Source of the DNA: Vicinamibacteria bacterium
GTDB lineage: Bacteria; Acidobacteriota; Vicinamibacteria; Fen-336; JAGNNV01
DNA: 64,000 nucleotides
Assembly: GCA_044229175.1 (NCBI GenBank)
Contig: JBGATM010000001.1
Coordinates: 24,282-88,281, forward strand
Direction of reading: 5' to 3'
Within the stretch, counting starts at the first letter, position 1. Each line of letters opens with the position of its first letter. The notes under the pieces were generated by a model, which saw nothing but the letters and a program-made list of their open reading frames with translations, made no database searches and had not been told where the DNA came from. The position numbers and the translations under genes are program-made. Positions 1-9,797 of this stretch are shown here, in pieces.

Positions 1-770
1 GCACTCTTGGACGCGCGGCTTCGATCGTCGCGGTCAGCGAGGCCATGCGGGCCGAGCTGGTCGCGATGGGGGTGCGAAGCGACCGCGTGTCCGTGGTGCG
101 CGAAGCCATCCAGCTGACGGAACCGCCGACCGGGGATCGCGCGAGCCTCCGGAAGCAGCTGGGTCTGCCTCAACGCACAACCGTCGTGTTCCTCGGTCGC
201 CTGTCTCATGTGAAGGGCGCCGACGTGCTCATGCGCGCGGTCGGTGCGGGCGTGCTGGAGGAGACGAACTCGCAGCTGGTGTTTCTCGGCAGTGGGAACA
301 TGGAAGACTCCCTGAGAGAAGCCGCGCGAGCGATTCCGGGCGACCGCGTGCGGTTCGAGGGCTTCGTGCCGCACCACCGGGTCTCCGAATGGCTCGGGGC
401 CAGCGATCTTCTCGTCCTGCCCAGCCGGTCCGAGGGGTTGCCCCTTGCCCTGATCGAAGCCCTCTCGCTCGGGGTTCCCGTGGTGGCTTCGAGCGTCGGC
501 GGCATTCCTGAAATCGTCACCGCTGGGGAGACGGGATGGCTGGTGCCCCCCGAAGACGCTGGGGCTCTGGAGCGAGCGCTGCGCCTAGCACTGACAGACC
601 CGGAGGCGCTCGAACGCATGGGTCGGGCCGGCCGCAGGCTCGTGGCGGAGGGCGGGTTCGATGGCGGTCGGCTCGGGGACGATCTGAGCCGGCTCTATTC
701 CGAGGTGCTGTCCTCGCGCAAGGCCTTCAGCACCGCCTCCGACGCCACCTCGTCCCAGTCGAAGCGGTAG
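1..770 (+). CDS. Glycosyltransferase family 1 (GT4), C-terminal part; 5' end lies outside the window
   Basis: ORF 45..770 has no plausible N-terminal domain and continues upstream in frame. The translation shows the GT4 C-terminal domain motif (GFVP...LLVLPSRSEGLPLALIEALSLGVPVVAS..GGIPEIV). Confidence 0.8.
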   Translation, partial: TLGRAASIVAVSEAMRAELVAMGVRSDRVSVVREAIQLTEPPTGDRASLRKQLGLPQRTTVVFLGRLSHVKGADVLMRAVGAGVLEETNSQLVFLGSGNMEDSLREAARAIPGDRVRFEGFVPHHRVSEWLGASDLLVLPSRSEGLPLALIEALSLGVPVVASSVGGIPEIVTAGETGWLVPPEDAGALERALRLALTDPEALERMGRAGRRLVAEGGFDGGRLGDDLSRLYSEVLSSRKAFSTASDATSSQSKR

Positions 771-1783
771 GCCCGTGATCGGTCCATCGCACGACGGGCC
801 AGGTCTGCGCGCGCGAGGGGCTTGGCTTCGAGTTCGTCGAGGCGTGCCGCCAGGGCCCGCGCGTCGCCGAACGGAAACAACATCGCATCGTCCCCCAACG
901 TCTCCTCGACGCCGGGAACGCGCGATCCCAGGCAGGGAAGGCCGGCGGCCATGCCTTCCAGGAGACCGTTCGGACTGCCTTCGTGGCGCGAGCTGACGAC
1001 GAGGACATCGATCGCCGATAGAAACATGTTGCGATCCACCCAGCCGAGCAGGTGGGCGCGATCGGCCTTCACAAGATCAGCCGCGCGCGTGCGCAACGAC
1101 GCCTCGTATGGCGTCGAGGATCCGAAGCCGGAAATGGCCAGGTGCACCGAGCGTGTTCCCCGCACGCCGTCGATCACGGTCTCGAGCGACTTGATGGGTG
1201 CGAGCAGGCCCAGAGCGCCCGCGATAAAGGCATCCTGCGGAAGGTTCAACCGCGCCCGCGCCGTTGTGCGATCGATGAGACGAGGCTCGGGGGCGTCGTT
1301 TGGGATGAGGAGCGGGTTGATCGATGCCGGCGCGACGCCTCTTGAAACGGCGATGACCAGAGTGCTGGCCCGAAGCGCGAGACGTTCAGTCCACTCCACG
1401 CAGGCTCGACGGAGCGGCCCCGAACCTCGAGATCTTTCCTGTTCGAGCCAGCTCCCCCGGAGAAAGGTGACGAGTCTCCGCCCGGACCGGAACGGAAGCA
1501 GGAGCGCGGCGTAAACCGACCCAAAGGCCAGAAACCCATCCACTCGCTCGGCCCGCGCCACCCGGGCCGCCAACCGCCCGGCCGAGAGCAGTCTGAAGAG
1601 GGAAACCGGCCCGCTCCCTCCCTCCAGATGGTGAAACACGAGGCCGGGCACCGGCGTTTCGGTCGTGGCCTGGGTGACGGCATGCACGGTCACGCCTCGA
1701 TGGGCCAGGGCGGCATGGAGCCGGGCCAGGCGCTCGTAACAGCCGCCGCGAGGAGGTCCCGCGTACAGGGAGAGGATCTTCAC
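695..1783 (-). CDS. Glycosyltransferase family 1 (GT4)
   Basis: A GTG start at VKILSLYAG gives a ~362-aa protein. The C-terminal domain carries the EGSPNGLLEGMAAGLPCL motif. Its stop sits 76 bp inside the convergent upstream glycosyltransferase and 10 bp downstream of the asnB-like stop. Confidence 0.75.
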   Translation of the reverse strand: MKILSLYAGPPRGGCYERLARLHAALAHRGVTVHAVTQATTETPVPGLVFHHLEGGSGPVSLFRLLSAGRLAARVARAERVDGFLAFGSVYAALLLPFRSGRRLVTFLRGSWLEQERSRGSGPLRRACVEWTERLALRASTLVIAVSRGVAPASINPLLIPNDAPEPRLIDRTTARARLNLPQDAFIAGALGLLAPIKSLETVIDGVRGTRSVHLAISGFGSSTPYEASLRTRAADLVKADRAHLLGWVDRNMFLSAIDVLVVSSRHEGSPNGLLEGMAAGLPCLGSRVPGVEETLGDDAMLFPFGDARALAARLDELEAKPLARADLARRAMDRSRAYRFDWDEVASEAVLKALREDSTSE

Positions 1784-1793
1784 GCCTTGCCTA

Positions 1794-3653
1794 TCACGTC
1801 GACCGCGAGGCATCCACGAATTCGAGGAACCACAGCTCCAGGCACAGCAGGGCCCAGAGCCGGTACCCGTGGACCTCATGGCCGGACGCATGATCGGAGA
1901 TCATCTTCTCCACCGCTCTTGGCTCGAACAGACCCCGTTCGCGAGCCCGTCGAGAGAGAAGGGTGTCGCGGACCATGGGTTGCAGTTCGCCCGCGAACCA
2001 GTCGTTGATCGGGATCCCGAAGCCCATCTTGGGTCTGTCGATTACTGAGGCGGGAAGATGCTTTCGAGCCAGAGCCTTGAGGACAAGTTTGCCTTCGGAG
2101 TGGTTCGCGCTGACCCTGTCCGGCAGGCGCAGCGCCCATTCGACGAGTTCATGGTCGAGGAGCGGCGAGCGTCCTTCGAGGGAGTTGGCCATGGTGGCGA
2201 TGTCGACCTTGGTGAGAATGTCCCCGGGCAGGTAGGTCATGGCGTCGGCGTACTGAAGGAGCCTCACGCCCACGGACTCGCCTGACTCTTCCATGAAAGA
2301 GTACAGAAACTCGAAGGAGTCGGTGGCGTCGACCTCGTGCCGCATGGCCTTCGTGTAGACCTCGGTCTTCTGCTCGGGAGAGAAGTAAGACATCAAACGC
2401 GCATACGCCTGCCTGGGGGGGAGACCGGCGCCCGCGAAAGCGCGCCGAACACGGGGGGGAAGGGCTCGCCATCGTGAGAGCGCGCGTGCCGCGGGACCAA
2501 ACGGCATCAGCACGCGGGCGAGCTTGAAATAGTGAAGCGCCCGGTACCGGTCGTAGCCCGCGAAGAACTCGTCGCCCCCGTCGCCGTTTAGAGCCACGGT
2601 GACGTGCTCGCGCGTCAGCTTCGCGAGGTAGTACGAGGGCAGCGCGGAGGAGTCGGCGTACGGTTCGCCGTAATGCCGCACCAGTTTCGGCAGCACCTCC
2701 GCCGCGTTCGACTTCACCACGAACTCGTGATGATCGGTCGCGTATCGCTCCGCCACCGCGCGGGCGTGGGGGAGTTCGTTGAAACCGCTCTCTTCGAAAC
2801 CGATGGAGAAGGTCTTCACCTTCGTGAACTCCGACATGAGGGCCACGATCAGGGATGAGTCGACGCCGCCCGAGAGAAAGGCGCCGAGAGGAACCTCGCT
2901 CATGAGCCGTTTGCGCACCGCCTCCTTGAGACGCCGTTCGGTCTCGTTGACCGCGTCCTCCATGGTGAGGTCGAGTCGCGGCGTGCAGCTCGGCTGCCAG
3001 TAGCGGGAGATCTTCGCCGACCCGCCCTCGAAGACCAGGACGTGCGCGGGCGGAAGCTTCCGGATCGCCTTGAAGCCCGAGGCGGGCGCGGGAACGTACT
3101 GGTAGGTCAGGTAGTCGTGGATGGCGCGCCGGTCCACGTCCCTCGATACACGCCGGTCCGCGAGGACCGCCGAGAACTCGCTCCCAAAAGTGATCCGGCC
3201 CTGCGACTCCGCGTAGACGAGCGGTTTCTTGCCCAGCCGATCACGCCCGAGCAGCAGTCGCTGCTGGTCTTCGTCCCAGATCGCGAAGGCGAACATGCCG
3301 TGGAGGTGCTTCGGAATGTCGTCGCCCCACTGCTCGTAGCCGTGGACGATGGTCTCCACGTCGGAATGGGTCTTGAAGCGGTGGCCGAGCGATTCGAGCT
3401 CGCGGCGCAGGTCGAGGTAGTTGTAGATCTCGCCGTTGCACATGACGTGGATCCGGCCGGTTTCGTTGGAGATGGGCTGGCCGCCGCCCGCCACGTCGAT
3501 GATCGAGAGGCGGCGAAACGAGAAGCCCGCGCGCCCGAAAACCTCCACCCGCCCGTCATCGGGGCCGCGATGGGTGATCGTCTGTCCCATCCGCTCCAGA
3601 AGCTCACGCGAAGGAGACCCCTCCGCCTCGACGATACCCGCGATTCCGCACAT
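1794..3653 (-). CDS. asnB: Asparagine synthase (glutamine-hydrolysing), AsnB/WbpS-like amidotransferase
   Basis: The N-terminal MCGIAG nucleophile marks a class II glutamine amidotransferase. The SGGVDSS PP-loop of the synthetase domain is present. Length is 619 aa. Confidence 0.9.
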   Translation of the reverse strand: MCGIAGIVEAEGSPSRELLERMGQTITHRGPDDGRVEVFGRAGFSFRRLSIIDVAGGGQPISNETGRIHVMCNGEIYNYLDLRRELESLGHRFKTHSDVETIVHGYEQWGDDIPKHLHGMFAFAIWDEDQQRLLLGRDRLGKKPLVYAESQGRITFGSEFSAVLADRRVSRDVDRRAIHDYLTYQYVPAPASGFKAIRKLPPAHVLVFEGGSAKISRYWQPSCTPRLDLTMEDAVNETERRLKEAVRKRLMSEVPLGAFLSGGVDSSLIVALMSEFTKVKTFSIGFEESGFNELPHARAVAERYATDHHEFVVKSNAAEVLPKLVRHYGEPYADSSALPSYYLAKLTREHVTVALNGDGGDEFFAGYDRYRALHYFKLARVLMPFGPAARALSRWRALPPRVRRAFAGAGLPPRQAYARLMSYFSPEQKTEVYTKAMRHEVDATDSFEFLYSFMEESGESVGVRLLQYADAMTYLPGDILTKVDIATMANSLEGRSPLLDHELVEWALRLPDRVSANHSEGKLVLKALARKHLPASVIDRPKMGFGIPINDWFAGELQPMVRDTLLSRRARERGLFEPRAVEKMISDHASGHEVHGYRLWALLCLELWFLEFVDASRST

Positions 3654-3679
3654 GGAACCGCAAGGTTACCTTCCGCCTG

Positions 3680-4429
3680 CTACCCGAACAGCAGGACGAA
3701 GCCCACCTTGAACGCGAGGTAGATGACCCAGGGGATGCCGACACCCCACAACCCCGAGCTCAGGCCACGCTTGCCCGCGACCGCGAAACCGGAGGCGAAC
3801 AGGAAGAGAGTCCACAAGGAGAACAGGTCGAAGCTCGAGAGCAGGCTCCAGATCCATCGGGACATGCTGCCGACCTCGAAGAAGATCGTGGGGTTCGCCT
3901 GGATGATCTGGTTGGGATCCACATTCCAGTCGCCCTTGAGCCAGAAGACCAGGAGCATGACCGGAGTCTGGACCAGACCGATGGCCGCGAAGGTCCAGGC
4001 GATGACGGCGAGCGAGTGCATGAAAGACACGTCCGCGGCCATGAAGAACCGGAAGATGAACATGAAGATTCCGGCGAGGATCAGGTCGATCAGCACCGGC
4101 ACGAAGAAGGGAGCGATGCGGCCCCAGGTCCGCACGAACCGGGCCTGGGTATTGATGATCTGCTCCACCTGTTCGGCGGGAAGCTGCTGGATTCGCGAGT
4201 TCTGTTCCATCTGCGCCTTCATGAACTCCCGGGCATCCATCTTCTCGAGCCAGACGGAAGTGAAGAGCACGCCCATCGCGACTTGAAGGACGATGGCCAT
4301 CCACACCCGCGACTTCACGAAGATCTTCGCAAAGGTCTCCACGGGTTCGAAGTAGAGGTTGAACAGATTCCCGAGGAACGAACCGGAGTCGGCGCCTTCG
4401 GCGGCCGGGGCGTCTGGAGTTTCGGTCAC
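3680..4429 (-). CDS. Yip1-like polytopic membrane protein
   Basis: A 249-aa protein with a cytoplasmic N-terminus (FLGNLFNLYFEPVETFAKI) followed by about 5 hydrophobic helices. The gaps to the neighbouring genes are 22-26 bp. Confidence 0.45.
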   Translation of the reverse strand: MTETPDAPAAEGADSGSFLGNLFNLYFEPVETFAKIFVKSRVWMAIVLQVAMGVLFTSVWLEKMDAREFMKAQMEQNSRIQQLPAEQVEQIINTQARFVRTWGRIAPFFVPVLIDLILAGIFMFIFRFFMAADVSFMHSLAVIAWTFAAIGLVQTPVMLLVFWLKGDWNVDPNQIIQANPTIFFEVGSMSRWIWSLLSSFDLFSLWTLFLFASGFAVAGKRGLSSGLWGVGIPWVIYLAFKVGFVLLFG

Positions 4430-4451
4430 GAGGGTCTCCTCGCGGCCGAAT

Positions 4452-5702
4452 CTACTCGTATCTGAGGGCGTCGATGGGGTCGAGCTTGGCCGCTTTGAGG
4501 GCGGGCCACAGGCCGAAGAACAGGCCGACCGCGAGCGACGACACGAAGGCCGCGCCCACCCACTGGGGCTGGAAGGCCGCGGGGAAGGGGGAGAGGGCGT
4601 TCACGATCGACGCGAAGCCGCCGCCGATGGCGATGCCCAGGAGCCCTCCCACGCCGGTGAGAGTCATGGCCTCGGTCAGGAACTGCCAGAGGATGTCGCG
4701 TCGTTTCGCTCCGAGCGCCTTGCGGATGCCGATCTCGCGCGTCCTCTCCGTGACCGAGACGAGCATGATGTTCATGACCCCGACCCCGCCCACCACCAGC
4801 CCGATCGACGAGATGGCGATCATCACCAGGTAGATGCCGCCGGTGATCTGGTTGTAGAGGTCGGTGATGGCGTCCTGGGTGAAGACCGCGAAGGTGTCCT
4901 TGGCGAAGAACTTCAGCCGGCGCTTGCGCCTCAGGGTCTCGCGGATCTGCTCCTCGGCCTGGGCGAGGCGCTCGGGCGAGACCGCCTTGATGTCCGCGGC
5001 GTAGCCCTGCAGCCCCATGAAGTTAGCGGGAGGAAGGCTCTTGAGCGGCGCCAGAATGAAGTTGTCCCGGTCGATGAAGAGGAACTTGCCCTGCCGCTCG
5101 GTCACCCCGATCACCCGGAACTTCCGCCCGTCGATGGAGAGCTCCTTGTCGAGAGGGTCGAGTCCCGGAAAGACCGCGTCCACGATCGCGGGACCGATCA
5201 CCACCACCGGGGCCGAGCGCGAGGTCTCGCTCTCGTTGAAGAACCGACCTCTCTCCACGAAGACGTTGTGCACGCCCTCGTAGTCGGGCGTGGTTCCGAA
5301 CACCTGCGCGGAGTTGATCCGGAGATCCTTGTACTTGATCATGTCCGCGCGGACGAACTCGAGCGGGCTGATCGAGGAGATGTAGGACAGCTCGCGGATG
5401 GCCTTGACCTCCTCGTCCGACAGGAGCTTCCGTCTTCGACGTTCCTCCGGGGTCAGATTCTCGCCGGGCTGGAAGGGCCGCACCAGGATGAAGGCCGATC
5501 CCAGCTTGTTGAGCTGGGAGGACAGGGAGTTGTTGAGACCCGCGATGATGGACGACACCACTGACACGGTCATGATGCCCATGACCACCCCCAGAATGGT
5601 GAGGGAGGCGCGCATCTTGTAGGACACGAGGGAGGAGAGGCCCATCTTGATGGCCTCCCACAGGCCGAAGAGCGCGATCCGGAACGACCCCTTTCGAGCC
5701 AT
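4452..5702 (-). CDS. ABC transporter permease, MacB/FtsX family (periplasmic domain plus C-terminal FtsX 3-TM)
   Basis: The internal start MARKGSFRIALFGLWEAIK is aa 208 of the ORF. The 416-aa protein has an N-terminal TM, a large periplasmic domain and a C-terminal FtsX-like domain. The 5' part of the 623-aa ORF overlaps the upstream gene and is rejected. Confidence 0.85.
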   Translation of the reverse strand: MARKGSFRIALFGLWEAIKMGLSSLVSYKMRASLTILGVVMGIMTVSVVSSIIAGLNNSLSSQLNKLGSAFILVRPFQPGENLTPEERRRRKLLSDEEVKAIRELSYISSISPLEFVRADMIKYKDLRINSAQVFGTTPDYEGVHNVFVERGRFFNESETSRSAPVVVIGPAIVDAVFPGLDPLDKELSIDGRKFRVIGVTERQGKFLFIDRDNFILAPLKSLPPANFMGLQGYAADIKAVSPERLAQAEEQIRETLRRKRRLKFFAKDTFAVFTQDAITDLYNQITGGIYLVMIAISSIGLVVGGVGVMNIMLVSVTERTREIGIRKALGAKRRDILWQFLTEAMTLTGVGGLLGIAIGGGFASIVNALSPFPAAFQPQWVGAAFVSSLAVGLFFGLWPALKAAKLDPIDALRYE

Positions 5703-5704
5703 GG

Positions 5705-6946
5705 CTATTCGCTCCTCAGGGCGACCACAGGGTCGAGGGCGGCCGCGCGCGAAGCGGGATAGATCCCGGCCACCAGGCCCACCACGGTGGAGGAAATCAC
5801 GGCGATCGCGACCGCCCAGAGCTGGACGGGAGCGGAGAATTCGTCGCCCACGAAACCCGACATCAGCTTGCCGACCGCGAAGGAGAACACCGAGGCCGCG
5901 ACGACGCCGAGCAGGCCTCCGATGCCGGTGAGGAGCACCGATTCGACGATGAACTGGCTCTGGATGTCCCGGCGGCGCGCGCCCAGGGCCTTGCGGACGC
6001 CGATCTCCTTGATGCGCTCGGTGACCGAGACCAGCATGATGTTCATGACCACCACACCGCCCACCAGCAGACTGATCCCGGTGACCACCAGGGTCACCAC
6101 GTAGATGCCCTGAGTGGCGCTGTTCCACAGGTCCATGACACTCTCGCCGGTTTCGATGTTGAAATCGTCGGGGTCGGTGTAGGAAAGGTGTCGACGATTG
6201 CGCAGGGCGAGCCTCGCCTGGTCCTGGGCCAGCTCGAACACCGCCATGGACTTGGCCTCGACCTGGATGGTCACCGACCTCCTCGACCCGAAAGCCTTCC
6301 GGAAGGTGGTGATCGGAACCCACACGAAATCGTCCTGGGTCTGGCCGAAGACCTTGCCCTTCTTCTCCCCGACTCCGACCACGCGGAACCGGTTTCCGTC
6401 GATGATGATCTCCTTGCCCAGAGGTTCGGCATTCGGGAAGAGCGCATCCACGATGTCGGTCCCGATGACCGCGACGGGTCGGGCGGAATCGATGTCGTCG
6501 TTGATCAGGTGACGGCCGGTCATGAGATCCCGGATGGCGCCGATGCGGGAGTAGTTCTCGGTGATGCCCAGGACCTGGGCGCCCTCGTGGCGCACCGAGC
6601 CGTACTTCACGGTGCGGCCGGTCACCAGCACGCCCCCGACCTCGGAGCAGTACGTGCAGGCCTCCCTGACCAGGTCGATGTCGCGCAGGACCAGGTCCTT
6701 GCGCTTGTTCATTTCCCGGAACTGCTCGAACGACACGATGACCTGAGGGAACTTCTGGATGGTGAAACTCTTCGTTCCCAGGGCCAGGACCTTGTCGGCC
6801 ATGTATCGGTCGAGCCCGTCGGTGATCGCCACCACCGCGATGACCGAGGCGATGCCGATCACCACCCCGAGGATGGTGAGCACGGACCGGAGCTTGTTCG
6901 CCTTCACCGAGGCGATGGCGATGCTGATCGCTTCATGAAACGGCAT
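5705..6946 (-). CDS. ABC transporter permease, MacB/FtsX family (second, different paralog)
   Basis: A 413-aa protein with the same architecture as its neighbour. Its stop lies 2 bp from the downstream start. Confidence 0.85.
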   Translation of the reverse strand: MPFHEAISIAIASVKANKLRSVLTILGVVIGIASVIAVVAITDGLDRYMADKVLALGTKSFTIQKFPQVIVSFEQFREMNKRKDLVLRDIDLVREACTYCSEVGGVLVTGRTVKYGSVRHEGAQVLGITENYSRIGAIRDLMTGRHLINDDIDSARPVAVIGTDIVDALFPNAEPLGKEIIIDGNRFRVVGVGEKKGKVFGQTQDDFVWVPITTFRKAFGSRRSVTIQVEAKSMAVFELAQDQARLALRNRRHLSYTDPDDFNIETGESVMDLWNSATQGIYVVTLVVTGISLLVGGVVVMNIMLVSVTERIKEIGVRKALGARRRDIQSQFIVESVLLTGIGGLLGVVAASVFSFAVGKLMSGFVGDEFSAPVQLWAVAIAVISSTVVGLVAGIYPASRAAALDPVVALRSE

Positions 6947-6986
6947 CAGGGGCGTTCCTCGACGAAGCGGGCGGAAAGCGCCAGCC

Positions 6987-7700
6987 TCAAGCCTTCTTCA
7001 GGCTCAATTCGTCGCTGGCGATTTTGCCATCGCGGATCATGATGACCCGATGCGCGTGCTCGGCGATGTCCCGCTCGTGGGTGACCAGGATGATGGTGTT
7101 TCCGGCCTCGTGCAGGCGCTCGAACAGACGCATGATCTCCTCGCCGGTGGTGGAGTCGAGGTTTCCCGTGGGCTCGTCGGCGAGCAGGATGGCGGGCCCC
7201 ATGACCAGGGCGCGGGCGATGGCCACGCGCTGACGCTGGCCGCCCGACAGCTCGTTGGGCTTGTGGCTCATGCGGCTGCCCAGCTCGACCTTCTCGAGGG
7301 CCTGGCGGGCCCGGTCCATGCGCTCGCTCTTGGAGATGCCCGCGTAGACGAGGGGCAGCTCGACGTTTTCGAGGGCGGAGGCGCGCGGGAGCAGGTTGAA
7401 GGTCTGGAAAACGAAGCCGATCTCCTTGTTGCGGACTTCGGCTAAGGCATCGTCGCTCATCTTCGACACCAGCTGGTTCCGCAGGTAGTACTCGCCCTGC
7501 GAAGGCGTGTCGAGGCATCCGATGAGATTCATGAGCGTCGATTTGCCCGAACCCGAGGGGCCCATGATGGCGAGGTACTCGTTGGGCTGGATCTCGAAGG
7601 AGACGCCGCGCAGGGCGTGGATGGTCTCCTCGCCCATCTGGTAGGTGCGCCACAGATCGACGCACCGGATGATCGATGAGGCTTCGCTCGTGGCCGTCAC
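6987..7700 (-). CDS. ABC transporter ATP-binding protein (MacB/LolD-type ATPase)
   Basis: Walker A (GPSGSGKST), ABC signature (LSGGQRQR) and Walker B ([11 protein letters not shown]) are present. The stop overlaps the adaptor gene start. Confidence 0.9.
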   Translation of the reverse strand: MTATSEASSIIRCVDLWRTYQMGEETIHALRGVSFEIQPNEYLAIMGPSGSGKSTLMNLIGCLDTPSQGEYYLRNQLVSKMSDDALAEVRNKEIGFVFQTFNLLPRASALENVELPLVYAGISKSERMDRARQALEKVELGSRMSHKPNELSGGQRQRVAIARALVMGPAILLADEPTGNLDSTTGEEIMRLFERLHEAGNTIILVTHERDIAEHAHRVIMIRDGKIASDELSLKKA

Positions 7701-8995
7701 TTGGAAGCCTTGTTCTTGGACTGATCCTCGAACTTGAGCAGCGCCTCGTTGCGCAGGGTTCGAAGGGTTCGATACGAACCGATGACGATCTCATCGCCGT
7801 CCTTGACGCCCTCGGTGATCTCGATGTCGGTGTCGCCCACGATTCCCGTCTTCACGGTCTTGAAGACGGCCTTCCCGTTTACGACCACGAAGACGCCTTC
7901 CTTCTCTTCGAGCTTCGCGGTTCGCGCGGGCGCGTTCGGGTTGTCGCCCGGACCGGACTGACCGATCGCGGGGTCCACGACCTTGCCGTCCTTGTCGACC
8001 TGGCGAACCACGACCGCCTGAATGGGGACGGCGGTGGTGCCCTCGCGGCGGGCGGTGATGACGTCCGCGGTGGCGTTCAAGCCCGGGCGCAGGGTGGCCG
8101 GCGGATCCTTGAGGGTGACCGTGACCTTGAAGTCCTTGGCCTGGTTGGAATTGTTCACGTTGGACGCGGTGGTGGCGGCGGCGCCGCGCGGAATCGCGGA
8201 GGAGCCGATCTCCGTCACCTCGCCCTTGATGATCGTGCCTTCGAGCGCATCGACGCGCACCTCGGCGGTCTGCCCCAGGGCGAGGTTCCGGATGTCCGTC
8301 TCGTCGACCAGGATCTCGACTTCCATGACCGAGAGATCGGCGACCACGCAGATGACGGTGGGCGAGAAGCTCTGGGCGCCGATGACGGTCTCGCCCTCTT
8401 CCTTCTGGAGACTGGTGACCACGCCGTCCATGGGGGCCATGACCGTGGTCTTGCCGAGGTCGTCCTGGGTGGTGGCCACCACCGCCGCCTGCTGGGCGAT
8501 GCGCTTGCGCTGCGACTCGACCGCGGCCTGCTTCATCTTGAACTCGGACTCGGCCTGTTCGAGGACCTGGTCGGAGACCAGCTTGTCCGCATGCATCTTC
8601 TTCTGCCGCTCGAGCGACTGGCGGCTCTGCTCGAGGTCGGCGAGCGTGCGATCGAGATCGGACCTCGAGGCCGCGAGACTCGCTTCGGACTGCCGCGCGC
8701 CTTCTTCGTACCGCTTGGCGTCGATCCGGGCCAGGATCTGGCCGCGCTTCACGCGATCGCCTTCCTTGATCAGCAACCGAACGATACGGCCGGCCACGTC
8801 GGAGGAGACGTTCACGAACTTCTTCGGTCGGATTTCGCCGGAGGCGGACACCTTGGAGACGAGGTCCTTCTTGCCGACCTTGCCGGTCTGGACCTCGACC
8901 TTCTTCCCGCTGGCCCGGGCGACGCTACCCGCGATCACGCCGCCGATCACCACGAGCGCCCCGATGAACAGCGCGATTTTCTTGCCCTTCGACAT
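7697..8995 (-). CDS. Efflux periplasmic adaptor subunit (MacA/HlyD family)
   Basis: Start chosen at [16 protein letters not shown] (aa 12 of the ORF), preceded by GGAGG. The protein has an N-terminal TM, a coiled-coil-rich middle and a beta-barrel C-terminus typical of membrane fusion proteins. Confidence 0.85.
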   Translation of the reverse strand: MSKGKKIALFIGALVVIGGVIAGSVARASGKKVEVQTGKVGKKDLVSKVSASGEIRPKKFVNVSSDVAGRIVRLLIKEGDRVKRGQILARIDAKRYEEGARQSEASLAASRSDLDRTLADLEQSRQSLERQKKMHADKLVSDQVLEQAESEFKMKQAAVESQRKRIAQQAAVVATTQDDLGKTTVMAPMDGVVTSLQKEEGETVIGAQSFSPTVICVVADLSVMEVEILVDETDIRNLALGQTAEVRVDALEGTIIKGEVTEIGSSAIPRGAAATTASNVNNSNQAKDFKVTVTLKDPPATLRPGLNATADVITARREGTTAVPIQAVVVRQVDKDGKVVDPAIGQSGPGDNPNAPARTAKLEEKEGVFVVVNGKAVFKTVKTGIVGDTDIEITEGVKDGDEIVIGSYRTLRTLRNEALLKFEDQSKNKASK

Positions 8996-9146
8996 GAATC
9001 CTCCAGAATTGCCGGCCAGAGCTTCCATCTCCTGGAGAAACCTTCAGAAACTCCATGGACCGTGGACGAGACCAGACCTTCGTCCAACAATACGAATACG
9101 GAACGTGCCGCGCTTAAGTTCCGAGCGCGTTATCTTACGTGCGCCC

Positions 9147-9644
9147 ATGGAGATGGACCAAGACCACGAGAAACAAGCCCCCCGGGGGCGGCTCGAGTCG
9201 ATCCAGATCTCGAACGGAGGCGTGCCGAAGAGGAATGTTGCCTCCGCCATCGAGGTCATGCCGTCCGGTCTGGTCGGAGACCGCCAGCGCGACCTTCGTT
9301 TCCACGGGGGACCGGATCGGGCCGTGTGTCTCTTCTCGCAAGAGCAGATCGACGCGCTGCGGGCGGAGGGCCATCCGATCGATCGCGGCACCACGGGCGA
9401 AAATCTCACCATTTCCGGGCTGGATTGGAATCTCGTGCGGCCCGGGGCGCGCCTCGAGGTGGGAGAGGTCACGCTCGAGATCACCCGGCCCGCGCATCCC
9501 TGCCGGAATATCGCGGGATCTTTCGCGGATGGCGACTTTTCCCGGCTCTCCGCGAAGATCCACCCTGGCCGCGGCCGGATGTACGCCCGGGTCCTCACCC
9601 CGGGAACGATTCGACCCGGAGATCCCGTAACCGCGCAGACTTAA
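9147..9644 (+). CDS. MOSC domain-containing protein (YiiM-like)
   Basis: A 166-aa product from the internal start MEMDQDHEKQ. The MOSC signature (GDRQRDLRFHGGPDRAV..GENLTISG..EITRPAHPCRNI) is present. The upstream part of the 540-aa ORF is antisense to the macA-like gene and is rejected. Confidence 0.75.
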   Translation: MEMDQDHEKQAPRGRLESIQISNGGVPKRNVASAIEVMPSGLVGDRQRDLRFHGGPDRAVCLFSQEQIDALRAEGHPIDRGTTGENLTISGLDWNLVRPGARLEVGEVTLEITRPAHPCRNIAGSFADGDFSRLSAKIHPGRGRMYARVLTPGTIRPGDPVTAQT

Positions 9645-9797
9645 CGGACGGCTGTCCTCGGTTTCCCCTTCTTGTCATCGGAGCGGGACAATTCAGGCCT
9701 CCCAGACCCCCTTCCCGGGATGACGCATCGGCACACGGTTTGCTATGAGTTCAGTCGGCAGGGTCTCTTCCGGAGCCTGCCGATGAGGTTTCAAGCC

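Noticed and set aside
4359-5564. Long plus-strand ORFs antisense to real genes. Examples: 4359..5564, 7676..9748, 19932..20972, 48368..50155, 50291..52828. Matching minus-strand shadows include 14813..17008, 20380..22902, 27906..30200, 32655..34328, 33670..34695 and 36232..37152.
   Set aside because: - Their translations are Arg/Gly/Pro/His-rich low-complexity sequences with no family resemblance.
- They lie exactly opposite well-supported genes.
- This is the expected by-product of about 68% GC, where stop codons are rare in all frames.
5703-6323. N-terminal 207-aa extension of the 623-aa ORF 4452..6323
   Set aside because: - The extension overlaps the upstream permease gene and is low-complexity.
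- An internal Met at MARKGSFR gives a protein the same size (416 aa) as its paralog.
8996-9146. Inverted repeat ctccagaa ... ctggag in the macA / MOSC divergent region as an operator
   Set aside because: - The arms are only 6-7 bp.
- The left arm coincides with the GGAGG Shine-Dalgarno of the adaptor gene on the opposite strand, so it is likely coincidental.
- My reading of this line disagrees by one base with the ORF-track translation (that translation requires ...acatgaatcctccagaatt...), so I do not trust the exact motif coordinates.
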